64,000 nt of DNA from an uncultured Eubacteriales bacterium (lineage in GTDB: Bacteria > Bacillota > Clostridia > Oscillospirales > CAG-272): contig CAKRYT010000001.1 of assembly GCA_934432675.1 (NCBI GenBank), positions 112,874 to 176,873 on the forward strand, written 5' to 3'. Under the pieces are notes generated by a model. The model was given only the letters and a program-made list of their open reading frames with translations, searched no databases and was not told the DNA's origin. Positions 36,492 through 47,117 of this stretch are shown here, piece by piece. Each line of letters starts with the position of its first letter. Positions within the stretch are counted from its first letter, which is position 1. Position numbers and translations under genes: made by a program.

Positions 36492-37523
36492 ATGTCGGAA
36501 AAAATCGTAACGACCGTTTCCGCCGCGCAGACCGCCGCATTGTTCGGCGCGGCGGATGCACATATCAGGCTGCTGGAAGAGCGTTTCGGCGTGACGGTTC
36601 GCAACGCCGGCGGCAGTGGCGCGGACACGGGCGACGCTTTGATAATCACGGGGGAGGACCCCGGTCTCGGGCGTGCGGTCGTGGCACTCGAATATCTGAA
36701 ACGCATGACGGCGTCCGGAGATACGCTGGACGAGCAGAGCGTGGAGTATGTGCTCGGGATGGTGTCGGACGGACACTCGGAGGAGTTGGAATCACTCGAT
36801 CGTGACGTCGTGTGCATCACCAGCCGCGGGAAACCCATCCGCCCCAAAACCGTCGGCCAGCGACGCTACGTGGAGACCGTACGCAAAAACACCGTGGTGC
36901 TCGGCGTGGGTCCTGCGGGTACCGGCAAAACGTTTCTTGCCGTGGCGATGGCGGTGGAGGCACTGCGGGACAAGCAGGTCTCCCGCATCATTTTGACGCG
37001 CCCTGCGGTTGAGGCGGGCGAAAAACTCGGTTTTTTACCGGGGGATCTGCAAAACAAAATCGACCCTTATCTGCGCCCTTTGTATGATGCGTTGTTCGAG
37101 ATGATGGGGAGCGAGAATTTCGCGAGGCATATGGAACGCGGCACTATCGAGATTGCGCCGCTCGCCTATATGCGCGGCCGGACGCTCGACGATTCGTTTA
37201 TTATTCTGGACGAGGCGCAGAATACGACCGGGGAACAGATGAAGATGTTTCTGACCCGCCTCGGGTATCGTTCCAAGGTAGTCGTGACGGGGGACCCCTC
37301 GCAGACCGATTTGCCGTACGGCAAGAAGAGCGGACTCGCCGTTGCGGCCCGTATCCTGCGCGGCATCGACGGGATTGCCGTCCACGAGTTCACGGAGCGG
37401 GATGTCGTCCGTCATCACCTGGTGCAGAAGATCATCAAGGCGTACGAGCAATACGAGCGGGAAACGCCGAAAGCATCGGCGGGGCACCGTTTCACGCACC
37501 GTCCGCCGGAGGGAAAGAAATGA
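36492..37523 (+). CDS. phoH: PhoH family ATPase
   Basis: Motifs GPAGTGKTFLAVA and ILDEAQN, plus the yqfD-phoH-ybeY synteny. Confidence 0.93.
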   Translation: MSEKIVTTVSAAQTAALFGAADAHIRLLEERFGVTVRNAGGSGADTGDALIITGEDPGLGRAVVALEYLKRMTASGDTLDEQSVEYVLGMVSDGHSEELESLDRDVVCITSRGKPIRPKTVGQRRYVETVRKNTVVLGVGPAGTGKTFLAVAMAVEALRDKQVSRIILTRPAVEAGEKLGFLPGDLQNKIDPYLRPLYDALFEMMGSENFARHMERGTIEIAPLAYMRGRTLDDSFIILDEAQNTTGEQMKMFLTRLGYRSKVVVTGDPSQTDLPYGKKSGLAVAARILRGIDGIAVHEFTERDVVRHHLVQKIIKAYEQYERETPKASAGHRFTHRPPEGKK

Positions 37524-38035
37524 AACATTATCTCGCGCGGCAACACCGCGTCTCTATTGATTTCGGAGCCTGCGGCGTAACGCCGAAAATCACGTATGCG
37601 CTCAAACTCGCGTGTCGGCACGCCATCGAAGAGACGCTCGACCATGAGCAATTCAACAAGGATGCGGAGGTGTCGGTTACCTTTTGCGACAATGAGCAGA
37701 TCCGGGAGCTGAACCGCACCTATCGGGATAAGGACAGAGCGACGGATGTCTTGTCTTTTCCGCAGTATGAGCCGTTCGAGGCCGCACGGGAGACGGATGA
37801 GCCTGTTACACTCGGGGATATCGTGATCTCTCTGGAACGTGCCGCCGAACAGGCAAAGGAGGTCGGACATCCTTTCCTTGACGAGGTGGCATTCCTCTGC
37901 ATTCATTCCACGTTGCATCTGCTCGGATATGACCACGAGCGATCGACGGAGGATGAGGAGGATATGTGCCGCCGCCAGCGTCAGATTGTCGCCGCCCTGG
38001 AACAAAAATACACAACAAAGGAATGCAATTCATGA
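37520..38035 (+). CDS. ybeY: rRNA maturation RNase YbeY
   Basis: HSTLHLLGYDH zinc motif (HxxxHxxGxxH). Confidence 0.93.
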   Translation: MKHYLARQHRVSIDFGACGVTPKITYALKLACRHAIEETLDHEQFNKDAEVSVTFCDNEQIRELNRTYRDKDRATDVLSFPQYEPFEAARETDEPVTLGDIVISLERAAEQAKEVGHPFLDEVAFLCIHSTLHLLGYDHERSTEDEEDMCRRQRQIVAALEQKYTTKECNS

Positions 38036-38919
38036 AAAGAACGGCTTTTATCGCCATTGTCGGACGTCCGAACGTCGGTAAGTCCACGCTCCTCAACCAT
38101 ATTCTCGGTGAGAAAGTCGCCATTGTCTCCAAACGGCCGCAAACGACGCGCAACCGCATCACGGGTGTGCATACGGTCGGGGACGACCAGTATGTATTTC
38201 TGGATACACCCGGTGTCCATCATCCGCGTACAAAACTGGGCGATTACATGGTAAAAGCGGCGACGGGCACCCTCGGCGGTGCCGACGCAGCCATTCTGGT
38301 GGTGGAGCCACGCGAGGCCGTCGGGGATATCGAGGCAGAAATCCTGAATAACATACGGGCGGCAAAATTACCTGCCATTCTCGTCGTCAACAAAACGGAT
38401 GCCGTGACCGCCGCGAACGTCGCCAAAACGATTGCCGCCTATGCCGAGGCATTCTCGTTCGATGCGGTCGTGCCCACCGCCGCCAAGAGCGGCAAGGGGG
38501 TGGAAACGGTCGTCGCCGAATGCGAGCGGTATCTTGCCGAGAGCGAGTGGTTTTTCCCGGACGATATCGTGACGGATCAGACCGAACGGCAGATTGCGGC
38601 CGAGATCATCCGCGAAAAACTCCTGCGTGTCCTCTCCGACGAGGTACCGCACGGGACGGCGGTTTCGATCGAAGAATTCCGCGACGCCGGTCGAATGGTA
38701 CGCATCCGCGCCGAAATATACTGTGAGCGTGCCTCTCACAAGGGCATCATCATCGGGAAAAACGGCGTCACTCTGAAACGCATCGGCACAATGGCGCGGG
38801 AGGACCTCGAAAAATTCTACGGCACCAAGGTGTTCCTCGACCTATGGGTCAAGGTGAAGGAGAACTGGCGCGACAGCCAGTTCAATCTGAACGATCTCGG
38901 GTATCGGGAGGATACATGA
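38032..38919 (+). CDS. era: GTPase Era
   Basis: Motifs GRPNVGKSTLLN, DTPG and NKTD, with a C-terminal KH domain. ATGA overlap with ybeY. Confidence 0.95.
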   Translation: MKRTAFIAIVGRPNVGKSTLLNHILGEKVAIVSKRPQTTRNRITGVHTVGDDQYVFLDTPGVHHPRTKLGDYMVKAATGTLGGADAAILVVEPREAVGDIEAEILNNIRAAKLPAILVVNKTDAVTAANVAKTIAAYAEAFSFDAVVPTAAKSGKGVETVVAECERYLAESEWFFPDDIVTDQTERQIAAEIIREKLLRVLSDEVPHGTAVSIEEFRDAGRMVRIRAEIYCERASHKGIIIGKNGVTLKRIGTMAREDLEKFYGTKVFLDLWVKVKENWRDSQFNLNDLGYREDT

Positions 38920-39704
38920 GAGCACCGGAAAAAACCCAAGAGGTGCACGGCATCGTGGTCAATACCATCGACATCGGGGAGCGTGACAGACTGTTTCAAC
39001 TGCTCACGGCCGAGCGCGGGCTCCTCACCGTTTATGCGAACGGGGCGCGACAACTCAAAAACCGCTATCTGACGACCACGCAGATGTTTTGCTACGGCAG
39101 GTACTTTCTGACCAAAAAAAATGATCGGTACACCGTGCAGGACGTGACGCTTGAAGAATCATTTTACGACCTGCGCCGTGAGGTGGACCGTGCGGCACTG
39201 GGGGCTTATGTCTGTGAGGTCGCGGCCTATACGGGGACGGAAATGCCCGACACTGGGCTTTTACGCCTGATCCTCAACACACTGTATGCGGTATCTCGCT
39301 CCCTTTTTGACCTGACACTGGTGAAGGCGGCGTTTGAATTCCGCATGGCGACCGAACTCGGTTTTATGCCGGATATGTCTGCCTGCACCGTTTGCGGTGT
39401 GACCGACGGTGAATTTATCTTCGATCTGTCCGCGGGGAATCTCATATGCCGTGACTGCCGTGACACGCTTACTGCGCGTGCCCTCTACGAAGAGGGAACG
39501 GCGGAACACCGCATCGAGGTGCTGACACCGGGTGTGCGGTCGGCGGTCGAATATGTTTTGACTGCTCCGCCGGAGCGGTTGTTCTCCTTCCGGCTGGAAG
39601 AGGAAGACCTGCACATTTTTGCACACGCTGCCGAAGACTATCTTACCTGGCATACCGACCACAAATTTTCCACCTTGGAGTTTTATCACCAAGTTGCGCT
39701 TTGA
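38916..39704 (+). CDS. recO: DNA repair protein RecO
   Basis: N-terminal OB pattern (HGIVVNTIDIGERDR), zinc motif CxxC...CxxC (CTVCG...CRDC), and an ATGA overlap with era. Confidence 0.88.
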   Translation: MRAPEKTQEVHGIVVNTIDIGERDRLFQLLTAERGLLTVYANGARQLKNRYLTTTQMFCYGRYFLTKKNDRYTVQDVTLEESFYDLRREVDRAALGAYVCEVAAYTGTEMPDTGLLRLILNTLYAVSRSLFDLTLVKAAFEFRMATELGFMPDMSACTVCGVTDGEFIFDLSAGNLICRDCRDTLTARALYEEGTAEHRIEVLTPGVRSAVEYVLTAPPERLFSFRLEEEDLHIFAHAAEDYLTWHTDHKFSTLEFYHQVAL

Positions 39705-39710
39705 GAGAAA

Positions 39711-42098
39711 ATGATATTTACCGAAAAAACAAGATCCATACTGGAATTTGACAAGATCGTGCGCCTGCTCTCCGATTGTTGCAGTACCCCGGGGGCAAAG
39801 GCGCGCGCCCTTTCACTCGCCCCGACCGACGATGAGGTGCTGGTTGAGCGTCGCCTCGCCAGAACGAGCGATGCCTGCCGTCTGGTCGACGCAAAGGGGT
39901 ACCCCGGCTTTGATGCCTGTGAGGATGTGCCGGACGCCGCCGAACGAGCGGAGAAAGGTGCTACACTGACAACGATTGAGTTGCTCCACATTGCATCCAT
40001 GCTCCGCTCGGTGGCAGGTTGTGTGTCCTACGCAAAAGAGAATCATCCGTTTGATACAACGCTCGACGAAGTGTTTGATCGACTGTTGCCGAACCCGACA
40101 CTGGAAAGAAAAATCACAAAAAGTATTATTTCGCCGGAACTCATCTCCGACGACGCGAGCCCCGCGCTCGCGGATATCCGCCGGCAGATCCGCGCGGCAC
40201 AAAACCGTATCAAGGAGGCCCTGCTCAGTTATGTGACGGGGTCACGGCAACGCGCCCTCCAAGAGAACATCGTCACCATCCGTGACGGTCGGTACGTCAT
40301 TCCCGTCAAGCAGGAGTACAAGGGGGAAGTAAAGGGGATCGTCCACGATACTTCTTCTTCCGGCGCGACCGTATTTATAGAGCCGATGGCGGTCGTTGAC
40401 GCAAACAACGATCTGCGTGCGCTGGAAATCAAGGAGACGCGCGAGATCGAACGTATCCTGGCAGAACTCAGTGCGGACTGCGCCGCCTTCGGGGGCTCCA
40501 TCCGCCAGAATTACTATAATATGACCGACCTGGCGTTTTCGTTCGGCTGTGCGTCACTTTCCGAGCACATGAACGCCTGTGCGCCGCGCCTCTCCGATCG
40601 GCGAATGCTGGATCTGCGTCGTGCACGCCACCCTCTCATCGATAAAGGGCGTGTTGTGCCGGTCGATGTGTCCCTCGGGCTGGAATTCGATACCTTGATC
40701 ATCACGGGACCGAATACGGGCGGTAAAACCGTTACGCTCAAAACCATGGGGCTGTTCGCCGCGATGACGCAGTCGGGGCTGCACATTCCCGTTTCCCCGG
40801 ACTCGACCGTCGGGGTATTTGATGCGATTCTTGTGGACATCGGAGACGAGCAAAGCATTGAGCAGTCACTCTCAACATTTTCGTCTCACATGGTCAACGA
40901 GGTGCAGATGCTGCACGATACAACGCCCCGCTCCATTGTTCTGTTTGATGAACTCGGGGCAGGGACGGACCCTGTCGAGGGGGCGGCACTCGCCATCTCG
41001 ATTTTGGAACAGTGCCGCACGGTCGGTGCCCTTGCCGCAGCCACCACACATTACACGGAATTGAAGATGTACGCGCTCGATACTCCCGGTGTCCGGAACG
41101 CGAGTTGTGAATTCGATGTGGAGACGCTCCGCCCGACCTATCGCCTGATGATCGGTGCGCCCGGGAAATCCAATGCGTTTGCCATTTCAGAGAAACTCGG
41201 GCTCCCGCGTGAGGTCGTGGACCGCGCGCGCGAGTTGGTCAGCGCGGACAATCGCCGCTTTGAGACCGTTCTGGAAGAACTCGAAAAAACGCGGTTCGAG
41301 ATGGAGCGTGAGCGGGATGAAGCCGCAAGGTTGCGCCGCGAGTACGAAAACTACAAGGCACACGCGGAAGCAGATCTGGCGCGCCGGTTGCGCGAGGGGG
41401 AAGAAGCCATCAAGCGGGATCGGGACCGTGCACGGCAACTTCTGGACAGTGCCCGGGTTTCGAGCGAATTCGTTTTTCATCAGTTAGAGGAACTGCGTAA
41501 GAAAGAGGATGCCAAGAGCCGCGCGGCGGCGTTGGAGGGAACGAGACGCGCGGTACGCGAACAAATGCGAACCGCGGAAAAAACATGGTCGGAGACCGAA
41601 TTTGAGGGCGCTGAGACGGAGGAGAAATACGTATTGCCCCGTCCTCTTCGTGTCGGGGATAAAATCTATATCGTTTCTTACCGTGCGGAGGGCGAAGTGA
41701 CCGCGCTCCCGCGCGGCAAGGATGTGGAGGTACGGGCGGGGGTTTTCCGCGGTAAAGTCCCGCTCTCCGACGTGCGACTTATTACAGACATGAAAAAGCG
41801 CGAGCCGGCAAAGCCGAAGAGCGATACGCGCGTGACGCGCGGCGGTGTTGCCACGTTCACGCCGGAACTCGATGTCCGCGGCAGGTACGGGGACGATGCG
41901 TGGTTCGAGGTGGACCGCTACCTGGATGAGGCGGTGCTTGCCGGTGTAGAAACGGTGCGTATCATTCACGGTAAGGGAACGGGTGCACTCCGTGTGGCAC
42001 TCCACCGCGAGCTGAAGGCCGATCCCCGCGTCAAATCGTTCCGTCTCGGGGAAATCGGTGAGGGCGACTCCGGTGTGACGGTGGTCACGCTGAAATGA
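39711..42098 (+). CDS. mutS2: Endonuclease MutS2 (MutS ATPase plus C-terminal Smr domain)
   Basis: Walker A GPNTGGKTVTLKT, a coiled-coil, and a C-terminal Smr domain (LDVRG....A...VD.YLD.A...G...V.IIHGKGTGALR). Confidence 0.95.
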   Translation: MIFTEKTRSILEFDKIVRLLSDCCSTPGAKARALSLAPTDDEVLVERRLARTSDACRLVDAKGYPGFDACEDVPDAAERAEKGATLTTIELLHIASMLRSVAGCVSYAKENHPFDTTLDEVFDRLLPNPTLERKITKSIISPELISDDASPALADIRRQIRAAQNRIKEALLSYVTGSRQRALQENIVTIRDGRYVIPVKQEYKGEVKGIVHDTSSSGATVFIEPMAVVDANNDLRALEIKETREIERILAELSADCAAFGGSIRQNYYNMTDLAFSFGCASLSEHMNACAPRLSDRRMLDLRRARHPLIDKGRVVPVDVSLGLEFDTLIITGPNTGGKTVTLKTMGLFAAMTQSGLHIPVSPDSTVGVFDAILVDIGDEQSIEQSLSTFSSHMVNEVQMLHDTTPRSIVLFDELGAGTDPVEGAALAISILEQCRTVGALAAATTHYTELKMYALDTPGVRNASCEFDVETLRPTYRLMIGAPGKSNAFAISEKLGLPREVVDRARELVSADNRRFETVLEELEKTRFEMERERDEAARLRREYENYKAHAEADLARRLREGEEAIKRDRDRARQLLDSARVSSEFVFHQLEELRKKEDAKSRAAALEGTRRAVREQMRTAEKTWSETEFEGAETEEKYVLPRPLRVGDKIYIVSYRAEGEVTALPRGKDVEVRAGVFRGKVPLSDVRLITDMKKREPAKPKSDTRVTRGGVATFTPELDVRGRYGDDAWFEVDRYLDEAVLAGVETVRIIHGKGTGALRVALHRELKADPRVKSFRLGEIGEGDSGVTVVTLK

Positions 42099-42145
42099 CG
42101 GTGGATGTTGCCGTCGATTGCCTTTCAAAAAACTCGCGTTTCCCC

Positions 42146-42174
42146 TTGCAATCCGCATGACCGTGTGATACAAT
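42146..42174 (+). promoter_or_regulatory. Sigma-A promoter for the metK leader
   Basis: TTGCAA, a 17-nt spacer, then TACAAT, about 20 nt upstream of riboswitch helix P1. Confidence 0.65.
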
Positions 42175-42195
42175 AAACCCGCAACTGAATACGAC

Positions 42196-42277
42196 CTTAT
42201 CGAGAGTGGGGGAGGGACCGGCCCTGTGAACCCACGGCAACCTGTTACGTGCAAGGTGCCAATTCCTGATAGATAAG
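42196..42277 (+). promoter_or_regulatory. SAM-I (S-box) riboswitch aptamer
   Basis: The sequence cttatcgagagtgggggagggaccggccctgtgaacccacggcaacc...ggtgccaattcctgatagataag matches the S-box core (CUUAUC.AGAG.GG.GGAGGGA..GGCCC..UGAA.CC.GGCAACC....GGUGC.AAUUCC....GAUAAG). It lies upstream of metK. Confidence 0.92.
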
Positions 42278-42286
42278 CGTCCCTAT

Positions 42287-42324
42287 CCCGGGCGACCTTG
42301 TCTGTCTGCCCGGGTATTTTGTTT
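42287..42324 (+). terminator. Riboswitch expression-platform terminator
   Basis: Stem cccgggc / gcccggg followed by tattttgttt. Confidence 0.8.
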
Positions 42325-42358
42325 GATTTATCTGAAAAACGGAAAAGAGGAAAAATGT

Positions 42359-43540
42359 ATGTCAAAAAAACTGTTTACATCCGAGTCGGTAACGGAGGGG
42401 CATCCCGATAAAATCTGTGATAAGATCTCTGACGCGATTCTGGACGAAATGCTCAGGCAGGATCCGATGTCCCGTGTCGCCTGTGAAACCTTTGCCACCA
42501 CCGGCATCATTACGGTCATGGGCGAGGTGACGACGGAGGCCTATGTGGATATTCCGGAGGTCGTGCGCCGTACCGTGGAGGAGATCGGTTATGACCGTGC
42601 CAAGTACGGTTTTGACTGCCATACCTGCGCCGTAATGACCTCTATACATGAACAATCACCTGATATCGCCCTCGGCGTTGACCGCTGTGCAGAGGCGAAA
42701 GAGGGGACCATGACGGACGACCTCGATACGGGCGCGGGGGACCAGGGGCTCATGTTCGGCTATGCCTGCGACGAGACACCGGAGCTCATGCCGTTGCCCA
42801 TTTCGCTCGCCCATAAACTTGCCCGCCGCCTGACAGAGGTACGAAAGAACGGTACGCTCCCGTATCTGCGTCCGGACGGCAAGACGCAGGTAACGGTCGA
42901 ATACGATGATGACCGACCCGTTCGTATCGATACGGTAGTGGTGTCTAGCCAGCATAGCGCGGAGACCGAACTTGCACAGATCCGTGAGGATATCATCCGT
43001 GAAGTTATCACACCCGTGATCCCCTCGGAGATGATGGATAGCGAAACCAAGATCTACGTCAACCCGACCGGCAGATTCGTCATCGGCGGGCCAGCAGGGG
43101 ACACAGGGCTTACGGGCAGAAAGATCATCGTGGATACTTACGGCGGTTACGCACGTCACGGCGGCGGTGCCTTCTCGGGGAAGGACCCGACGAAGGTAGA
43201 CCGCAGTGCCAGTTACGCGGCGCGCTATCTCGCCAAAAATGTTGTAAAAGCCGGCCTCGCGCGTCGCTGTGAGGTGCAGATCGCCTATGCAATCGGCGTT
43301 GCAAAGCCTGTCTCTCTCATGGTGGACACAGACGGTACGGGCGTGGTCTCCGACGAGAAACTGTCCGAGGCACTCTCGGAACTCGTGGATCTCCGTCCCG
43401 CCGCGATCATACGCCGTTTTGACTTGCGCCGTCCCATCTATACGCCCCTTGCCGCTTACGGCCATATGGGGCGCGAGGATCTCATGGTCCCGTGGGAAAA
43501 GACGGATCTGACCGACGCTCTGCTGGCGAAAGTCCGCTGA
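42359..43540 (+). CDS. metK: S-adenosylmethionine synthetase
   Basis: Motifs [20 protein letters not shown] and [16 protein letters not shown]. Confidence 0.97.
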   Translation: MSKKLFTSESVTEGHPDKICDKISDAILDEMLRQDPMSRVACETFATTGIITVMGEVTTEAYVDIPEVVRRTVEEIGYDRAKYGFDCHTCAVMTSIHEQSPDIALGVDRCAEAKEGTMTDDLDTGAGDQGLMFGYACDETPELMPLPISLAHKLARRLTEVRKNGTLPYLRPDGKTQVTVEYDDDRPVRIDTVVVSSQHSAETELAQIREDIIREVITPVIPSEMMDSETKIYVNPTGRFVIGGPAGDTGLTGRKIIVDTYGGYARHGGGAFSGKDPTKVDRSASYAARYLAKNVVKAGLARRCEVQIAYAIGVAKPVSLMVDTDGTGVVSDEKLSEALSELVDLRPAAIIRRFDLRRPIYTPLAAYGHMGREDLMVPWEKTDLTDALLAKVR

Positions 43541-43576
43541 AACAAATCAATAGGTGATAGGTGAGGAGGTGAGAGA

Positions 43577-45811
43577 ATGGCAGATAACCAAACGGGCGAG
43601 GCAGACATTATCGGTACCGTGGAAGAAGTGGTGTATCACAACGCCGCGAACGACTACACGGTGCTGGAAATCATTGATGCGCGCACGGGCAAACTCGTGA
43701 CGGCCGTCGGTACGGTACCCTATCCCGCCGCAGGGGAACAGATGCGGCTCTGGGGGACTTGGAAGGCACACCCCGATTACGGTCAGCAGCTCGTCATTGA
43801 GCAGTACGAAAAACAACTGCCTTCATCAAGTGCCGACATTTTCCGCTATCTCTCCTCACATGCCATCAAGGGGGTCGGTCCCGGCATTGCACTGAAAATC
43901 GTGAATCGGTTTGGGGCGGAAACCTTTGAAGTCATTGAGCAACACCCGGAATGGCTGACGGACATTCCCGGCATCACCCGCAAAAAAGCGGCGGCAATCG
44001 CCGAATCGTTCGCCGAACAGGCGGAACTGCGCGAGTTTATGACACTATGTGCCGGGCATCTCGGAAACACGACCGTGACGCGCGTTTTCAGAGAGTGGGG
44101 CAAAGGTGCCTCAACGCTCCTGCGTAACGATCCTTATCGCCTTTGTCGCGGTGGGTTCGGGATCGGATTTGAGCGGGCAGATGAAATCGCGGCGCAACTC
44201 GGCATCAAAAAAGATGCGGCTGTGCGTGTGCGTGCCGGCGTCACCTATGTTTTGACTTATCAGGCAGGTGTGAACGGTCACACGTGTCTCCCGCGACAGA
44301 AACTGATTCCTGCGGCGGAGGAAACACTGGGGCTGGAAATCGGGACGGTAGAAGAGGCGGTGCAGGCAGAACTCGCCGCCGGCACGCTCGTCAGCCACGT
44401 CTTTGACGGTACGGATTATATCTATCTGAAAACCTACGATGACGCGGAACGTACTGTTGCAGAGAGGTTGCGGCTCCTCGCAAGGCAGGCGGCAACCTTT
44501 GATCGCGATAACATCGTGAGTTTGATCGAACGCATGGAGCGCGAGTGGGGTATTACTTACGCGGGGGAGCAGAGAAACGCCATCGGTGTCGCTGTGACGA
44601 GTGGCGTCATGATCCTGACGGGCGGCCCCGGGACAGGGAAAACCACGGTCATTCGCGCACTTTTGCGGATATTTGATATTCTCGGTGTGGATACGGTGCT
44701 GGCGGCTCCCACCGGGCGCGCCGCCAAGCGAATGTCGGAGGCGACGGTGCACGAGGCAAAAACATTGCATCGGCTCCTGGAAATGACCCGCGCCGACGAC
44801 GTAACGACGCCACACTTCATGCGGGATGAAGACAATCCGCTCGATGCCATGGCGGTCATCGTCGATGAAAGTTCCATGATTGACCTGCCTCTTATGGCAT
44901 CGCTTATGCGTGCCATGCGCCGCGGGAGCCGCCTGATCCTCGTCGGGGACGCCAATCAGTTGCCCGCCGTGGGGTGCGGTAATGTGCTCGGCGACATGAT
45001 CTCCTCCGGTGCATTTCCCACAGTGGAGCTCCGTGAGATCTTCCGCCAGGCAGGGGAGAGCCAGATCGTTCGTAATGCACACCGTATCCTGCACGGTGAG
45101 ATGCCGGACACCACGCGTACGGATGGGGATTTCTTCTTCCTCGCAAGGCCGCGCGAGGATACCATCCGTGAGACCATCGAGCAACTCATTGCCGAACGTT
45201 TGCCGCGTGCATACGGTCGTGAGGTGTTATCCGGTATTCAGGTCATCACACCGACGCATCGCGGTATCGCGGGGACGGATAAACTCAACGAAGGCTTGCA
45301 GACGCGTTTGAATCCGCCCGCACCCGACAAGGCGGAAGTGCGTGCTCATGGCAGCGTATTCCGCGTCGGGGATCGGGTCATGCAGGTGCGTAACCAATAC
45401 GACATTGAATGGCATCGCGGGGAGCATCGGGGAAACGGGGTATTCAACGGGGACCTCGGTATCATCAAAAAAATAGAGAAATCCGACAGGGACTTCGCGG
45501 TCACGATTGCGTTCGACGATCGGGAAGCGGTCTATGATCTCTCGATGCTGGATGATATTGAACTCGCCTATGCCATCACGGTGCACAAGAGCCAAGGGAG
45601 CGAATACGCGACGGTCATCATGCCGATCTTCGCTTGCGGGGCGGTGTTGCAGACGCGTAGCCTGCTCTATACCGCGATGACGCGGGCAAAGACGAGGCTC
45701 ATCCTCGTCGGAAGGCAGGACGTGCTTTCCCGCATGGTAGAGAACGCGCACGTCGCGTCCCGTTACACCGGACTTGCCAACCGACTTGCGAGCATTGCGG
45801 AATTGTCATAA
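43577..45811 (+). CDS. recD2: ATP-dependent RecD-like DNA helicase (RecD2, SF1B)
   Basis: Motifs GGPGTGKTT, VDESSMID and VHKSQGSEY, with an N-terminal OB/HhH region. Confidence 0.92.
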   Translation: MADNQTGEADIIGTVEEVVYHNAANDYTVLEIIDARTGKLVTAVGTVPYPAAGEQMRLWGTWKAHPDYGQQLVIEQYEKQLPSSSADIFRYLSSHAIKGVGPGIALKIVNRFGAETFEVIEQHPEWLTDIPGITRKKAAAIAESFAEQAELREFMTLCAGHLGNTTVTRVFREWGKGASTLLRNDPYRLCRGGFGIGFERADEIAAQLGIKKDAAVRVRAGVTYVLTYQAGVNGHTCLPRQKLIPAAEETLGLEIGTVEEAVQAELAAGTLVSHVFDGTDYIYLKTYDDAERTVAERLRLLARQAATFDRDNIVSLIERMEREWGITYAGEQRNAIGVAVTSGVMILTGGPGTGKTTVIRALLRIFDILGVDTVLAAPTGRAAKRMSEATVHEAKTLHRLLEMTRADDVTTPHFMRDEDNPLDAMAVIVDESSMIDLPLMASLMRAMRRGSRLILVGDANQLPAVGCGNVLGDMISSGAFPTVELREIFRQAGESQIVRNAHRILHGEMPDTTRTDGDFFFLARPREDTIRETIEQLIAERLPRAYGREVLSGIQVITPTHRGIAGTDKLNEGLQTRLNPPAPDKAEVRAHGSVFRVGDRVMQVRNQYDIEWHRGEHRGNGVFNGDLGIIKKIEKSDRDFAVTIAFDDREAVYDLSMLDDIELAYAITVHKSQGSEYATVIMPIFACGAVLQTRSLLYTAMTRAKTRLILVGRQDVLSRMVENAHVASRYTGLANRLASIAELS

Positions 45812-45880
45812 AAATTTGCCTTGCAATATGTAGACGGATGGTATATAATCTTACTACCATTACGTTAAAAGGAACTGTTC

Positions 45881-46921
45881 ATGCAAAACCGACTTGGAAT
45901 CGACATGGGTGGCGCTACCATCAGCGTTGCGGCACCGGGGCGCGGACTTATCTTGCAGGACCCTGCGGTGATCGCGGTTGAGCGAGAGAGCGGGCGCGTG
46001 CTGGCGGCGGGCGCCATGGCGGAACAAAAACTGAATACTTCCGACCGCCGTGTGTCGCTGACCCGTCCTTTCACGAACGGTTTTATGGGGTCGCCGGATG
46101 AAATCGGGGTGCTTATTACCTCTTGCCTCGCTAACACCGGGTGTATGGGTGACACGGATCTGATTCTCTCCGTCCCGTGCGATATCAGCGATGAAGACGA
46201 GGAGCGGCTCGGCAGAATTGCGGACGCCGCCGGTGCTGCCTCCTGCCACCTGGTCTATGCGCCGCTGGCGGCGATGGCGGGCACGTTTCTGCGCTTACCC
46301 GCCGGGTGCCTCGTCGTGGATATCGGTGCCACCTCCACCAACGTGATGCTGCTTTGCCGCGGCAGGATCTACTATATGAAGACCATTCGCGTCGGCGGTC
46401 AGACCTTTGACCGCTCCATCGCGGACTATCTTTGGAAACGCAGAAAGATCCGCGTGAGTCTCCGCACCGCCGAAACCATTAAAATGAAGATCGGGTCGGT
46501 ATGGGCGGGTGCCACCGGAAAAACGATGGAGGCGGTCGGGAAGGATGCCTCCGGCAGAGAAGTGAAATTCCGTGTTTCTTCTCCCGACCTGTACGATTCG
46601 CTGGAACAGCCTCTTGCCGATATTTTGGAAGCCGTGTTTTTCGCCGTCTCCAAAATTCCGTCGGAATTCGTCTCCGGGGTGTTTGAACTCGGGATTCAGT
46701 TGACGGGCGGCGGGGCACTCCTGGACGGAATCGATCGTATGATCGGCGGTGTCACCGGTGTTCCGACGACACGCGTCGATGACCCTGTTGGTTGTACGGC
46801 ACTCGGGCTTGCAGAGATGTTTGACATCCTCCCCGAGGATCTGCCGCCTTCCTTCCGCAACGTGTCGGAGATTTACATTAAACATGCCGGTCTACCCGGG
46901 CAAGGAGATTATGATGAGTAA
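45881..46921 (+). CDS. Divergent MreB/Mbl-family actin-like protein
   Basis: Colinear with MreB (GIDMGG, VVDIGATSTNV, VGGQTFD, LTGGGALL), but the phosphate-1 motif (GTANT) and several loops are divergent. Confidence 0.7.
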   Translation: MQNRLGIDMGGATISVAAPGRGLILQDPAVIAVERESGRVLAAGAMAEQKLNTSDRRVSLTRPFTNGFMGSPDEIGVLITSCLANTGCMGDTDLILSVPCDISDEDEERLGRIADAAGAASCHLVYAPLAAMAGTFLRLPAGCLVVDIGATSTNVMLLCRGRIYYMKTIRVGGQTFDRSIADYLWKRRKIRVSLRTAETIKMKIGSVWAGATGKTMEAVGKDASGREVKFRVSSPDLYDSLEQPLADILEAVFFAVSKIPSEFVSGVFELGIQLTGGGALLDGIDRMIGGVTGVPTTRVDDPVGCTALGLAEMFDILPEDLPPSFRNVSEIYIKHAGLPGQGDYDE

Positions 46922-47048
46922 AGAAAACCAGAATAAAAACCGCGGCAACATGCGAGACGGTTTCTACCGAGCTCTTGCATTCATTCTTGCGGGTCTTATG
47001 ATCGCGGGGTCCGTGACGGCGGTCATATTTTATATCATTGCGAAGTAA
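46911..47048 (+). CDS. Small (45 aa) single-TM membrane protein
   Basis: Sequence MMSKENQNKNRGNMRDGFYRALAFILAGLMIAGSVTAVIFYIIAK. SD caaggaga sits immediately upstream. The start overlaps the end of the mreB-like gene. Confidence 0.45.
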   Translation: MMSKENQNKNRGNMRDGFYRALAFILAGLMIAGSVTAVIFYIIAK

Positions 47049-47063
47049 GGTACCCGGTACCGA

Positions 47064-47091
47064 AAAAGCCGCTCGAAAGAGCGGCTTTTTT
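47064..47091. terminator. Bidirectional terminator between the small membrane gene (+) and ruvB (-)
   Basis: Stem aaaaagccgctc / gagcggcttttt with loop gaaa. Confidence 0.85.
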
Positions 47092-47117
47092 GATGCTGTC
47101 CGGTTTTTGTCGTTGCC

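Noticed and set aside
44111-45184. 357-aa minus-strand ORF, with a similar case at 54018-55139
   Set aside because: These are antisense shadows of recD2 and the PBP1A gene respectively.
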